From the NCBI RefSeq assembly GCF_963921235.1, contig NC_086120.1, forward strand, positions 8,246,001 to 8,310,000: a DNA stretch of 64,000 nt. Direction: 5' to 3'. This document shows, in pieces, positions 63,080 through 64,000 of this stretch. The DNA comes from Mobula hypostoma (taxonomy: Eukaryota). The stretch's first letter is position 1. The number at the start of each line of letters is the position of its first letter. The notes below the pieces were generated by a model. It was given only the letters and a program-made list of their open reading frames with translations. It searched no databases and had not been told where the DNA came from. The translations under genes and the position numbers were made by a program.

Positions 63080-63415
63080 CCACCCCTCACCACTCACCAC
63101 TCACCCATCATCCCTAACCCCTCATCCCTATTCCAGATCCTTCACCATTATACCGGTTCCCTGACCCATTATCCCTCACCCCTCACCACTCACGGCTCAC
63201 TGATCATCTCTCATCCCTCATCTCTCACCTTTCATCCCTCACTTCTCATCGCTCACCCCTCATCTCTCACCCTCTCCCTCACCACTCACGCCTCATCGCT
63301 TACTCTACATCCTTCATCCCTCATCCCAGACACTTCCCCCCTTATCCATCTTCCCTCATCCCCCAACCCTCACCCGTCACCAGTGATCTCTCATGCCTCA
63401 CTCCTCCTGCCAACA
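63080..63415. repeat. Pyrimidine-rich low-complexity tract (CTCA/TCCC motifs)
   Basis: Degenerate CTCATCCCTCAC repeats with very few G on the plus strand. Confidence 0.85.
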
Positions 63416-63454
63416 GCCACTCGGTGTCAAAATGAGAAGAACTGCTAAAATAAG

Positions 63455-63796
63455 GAAACCAACTCATGAAAATCATACATGCAATGATCATGTTATTTTT
63501 AGTGAGTCCCCATTACCGTCTGTCAGTACGAAACTGATGACAAATCATAAAAGCACTTAACAATTATTTTAATTAAATCCACCCCATACCCAGGGAAAAG
63601 CATTCATCCGCTGAAATTTCCAATGAAGTCAAGTAACTGGCCACTTAAACGCTGTGTAGTCTCTCGGTGGGAGAAACAGAACAATATCAGCTGTATGTAC
63701 AAATATTCCAGACAACAGTGGAAGCCACAGAGCGGAACAGAAACACAATGTAGAGTGTGCAGAGAGTGAGAGTGAGAGAGAAATAGTGAGAGATAG

Positions 63797-63845
<49 letters not shown>

Positions 63846-64000
63846 TAATGGGTTTGAAGGAGCCGCAGCCGCGTTCTGCTCAACAGTTGGATTGCGCGGC
63901 TGTGCAGATGTTGTCGGGGCTGCTCCTTGTTGAGCTCAGCAGCTACCTCACGGTTCGCGGCACAGACTGGAGCAGAGGGATGGTGCACTCCTTCCAAATG
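63455..64000 (-). pseudogene. Second sigma-like IgL constant gene, 3' part (end of C exon plus 3' UTR), pseudogenised; runs off the window
   Basis: Minus 63933-63862 aligns to 27021-27093 at 61/73 columns, with a 1-nt gap and stop TGA at 63882-63880. Minus 63790-63455 aligns colinearly with the 3' UTR at about 27140-27460. Plus 63935-63992 aligns to 26956-27013 at 49/58, so that segment is inverted. Confidence 0.9.
63760..63843. repeat. Compound (GA)n/(GATA)n microsatellite
   Basis: Directly visible. It sits inside the 3' UTR of the pseudogene. Confidence 0.97.

Noticed and set aside
62987-63448. 153-aa H/P/S/L-rich ORF
   Set aside because: It is a translation of the pyrimidine-rich low-complexity tract.
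63848-64000. Plus-strand open frame MGLKEPQ...MLSGLLLVELSSYLTVRGTDWSRG.. running off the window, as a novel gene
   Set aside because: Its first 29 codons are the antisense of the C-exon end and UTR, and the rest is the inverted block. It is a by-product of the micro-inversion unless transcripts prove otherwise.

Overview
Eukaryotic, repeat-dominated genomic DNA, most likely from a cartilaginous fish (probably a ray or skate). This is inferred from the compact V-J-C immunoglobulin light-chain cluster and the CR1, Rex1, RTE, Penelope and chromovirus repeat content. The only intact host gene is an Ig light chain at 25060-27075 (+). It has a leader exon, a single V-J exon already joined in frame with no RSS, and a C exon, giving 242 aa that look like the sigma isotype. 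It carries an octamer/TATA promoter, two NF-kB-consensus sites plus E-boxes in the J-C intron, and polyA signals. At the right edge (about 63455-64000) lies the 3' end of a second, convergently oriented copy of the same C gene. The ORF track does not reveal it. It is a pseudogene with a roughly 65-bp micro-inversion inside the C exon, a 1-nt deletion, and a microsatellite grown in its 3' UTR. Most of the rest is nested, decayed transposable elements. These include two solo LTRs with 5-bp TSDs and internal minisatellites, and Penelope remnants, one of which keeps an intact hammerhead ribozyme core. Repeat boundaries are by eye and approximate unless a TSD or TIR is quoted. Family assignments rest on recalled protein motifs, not database searches.
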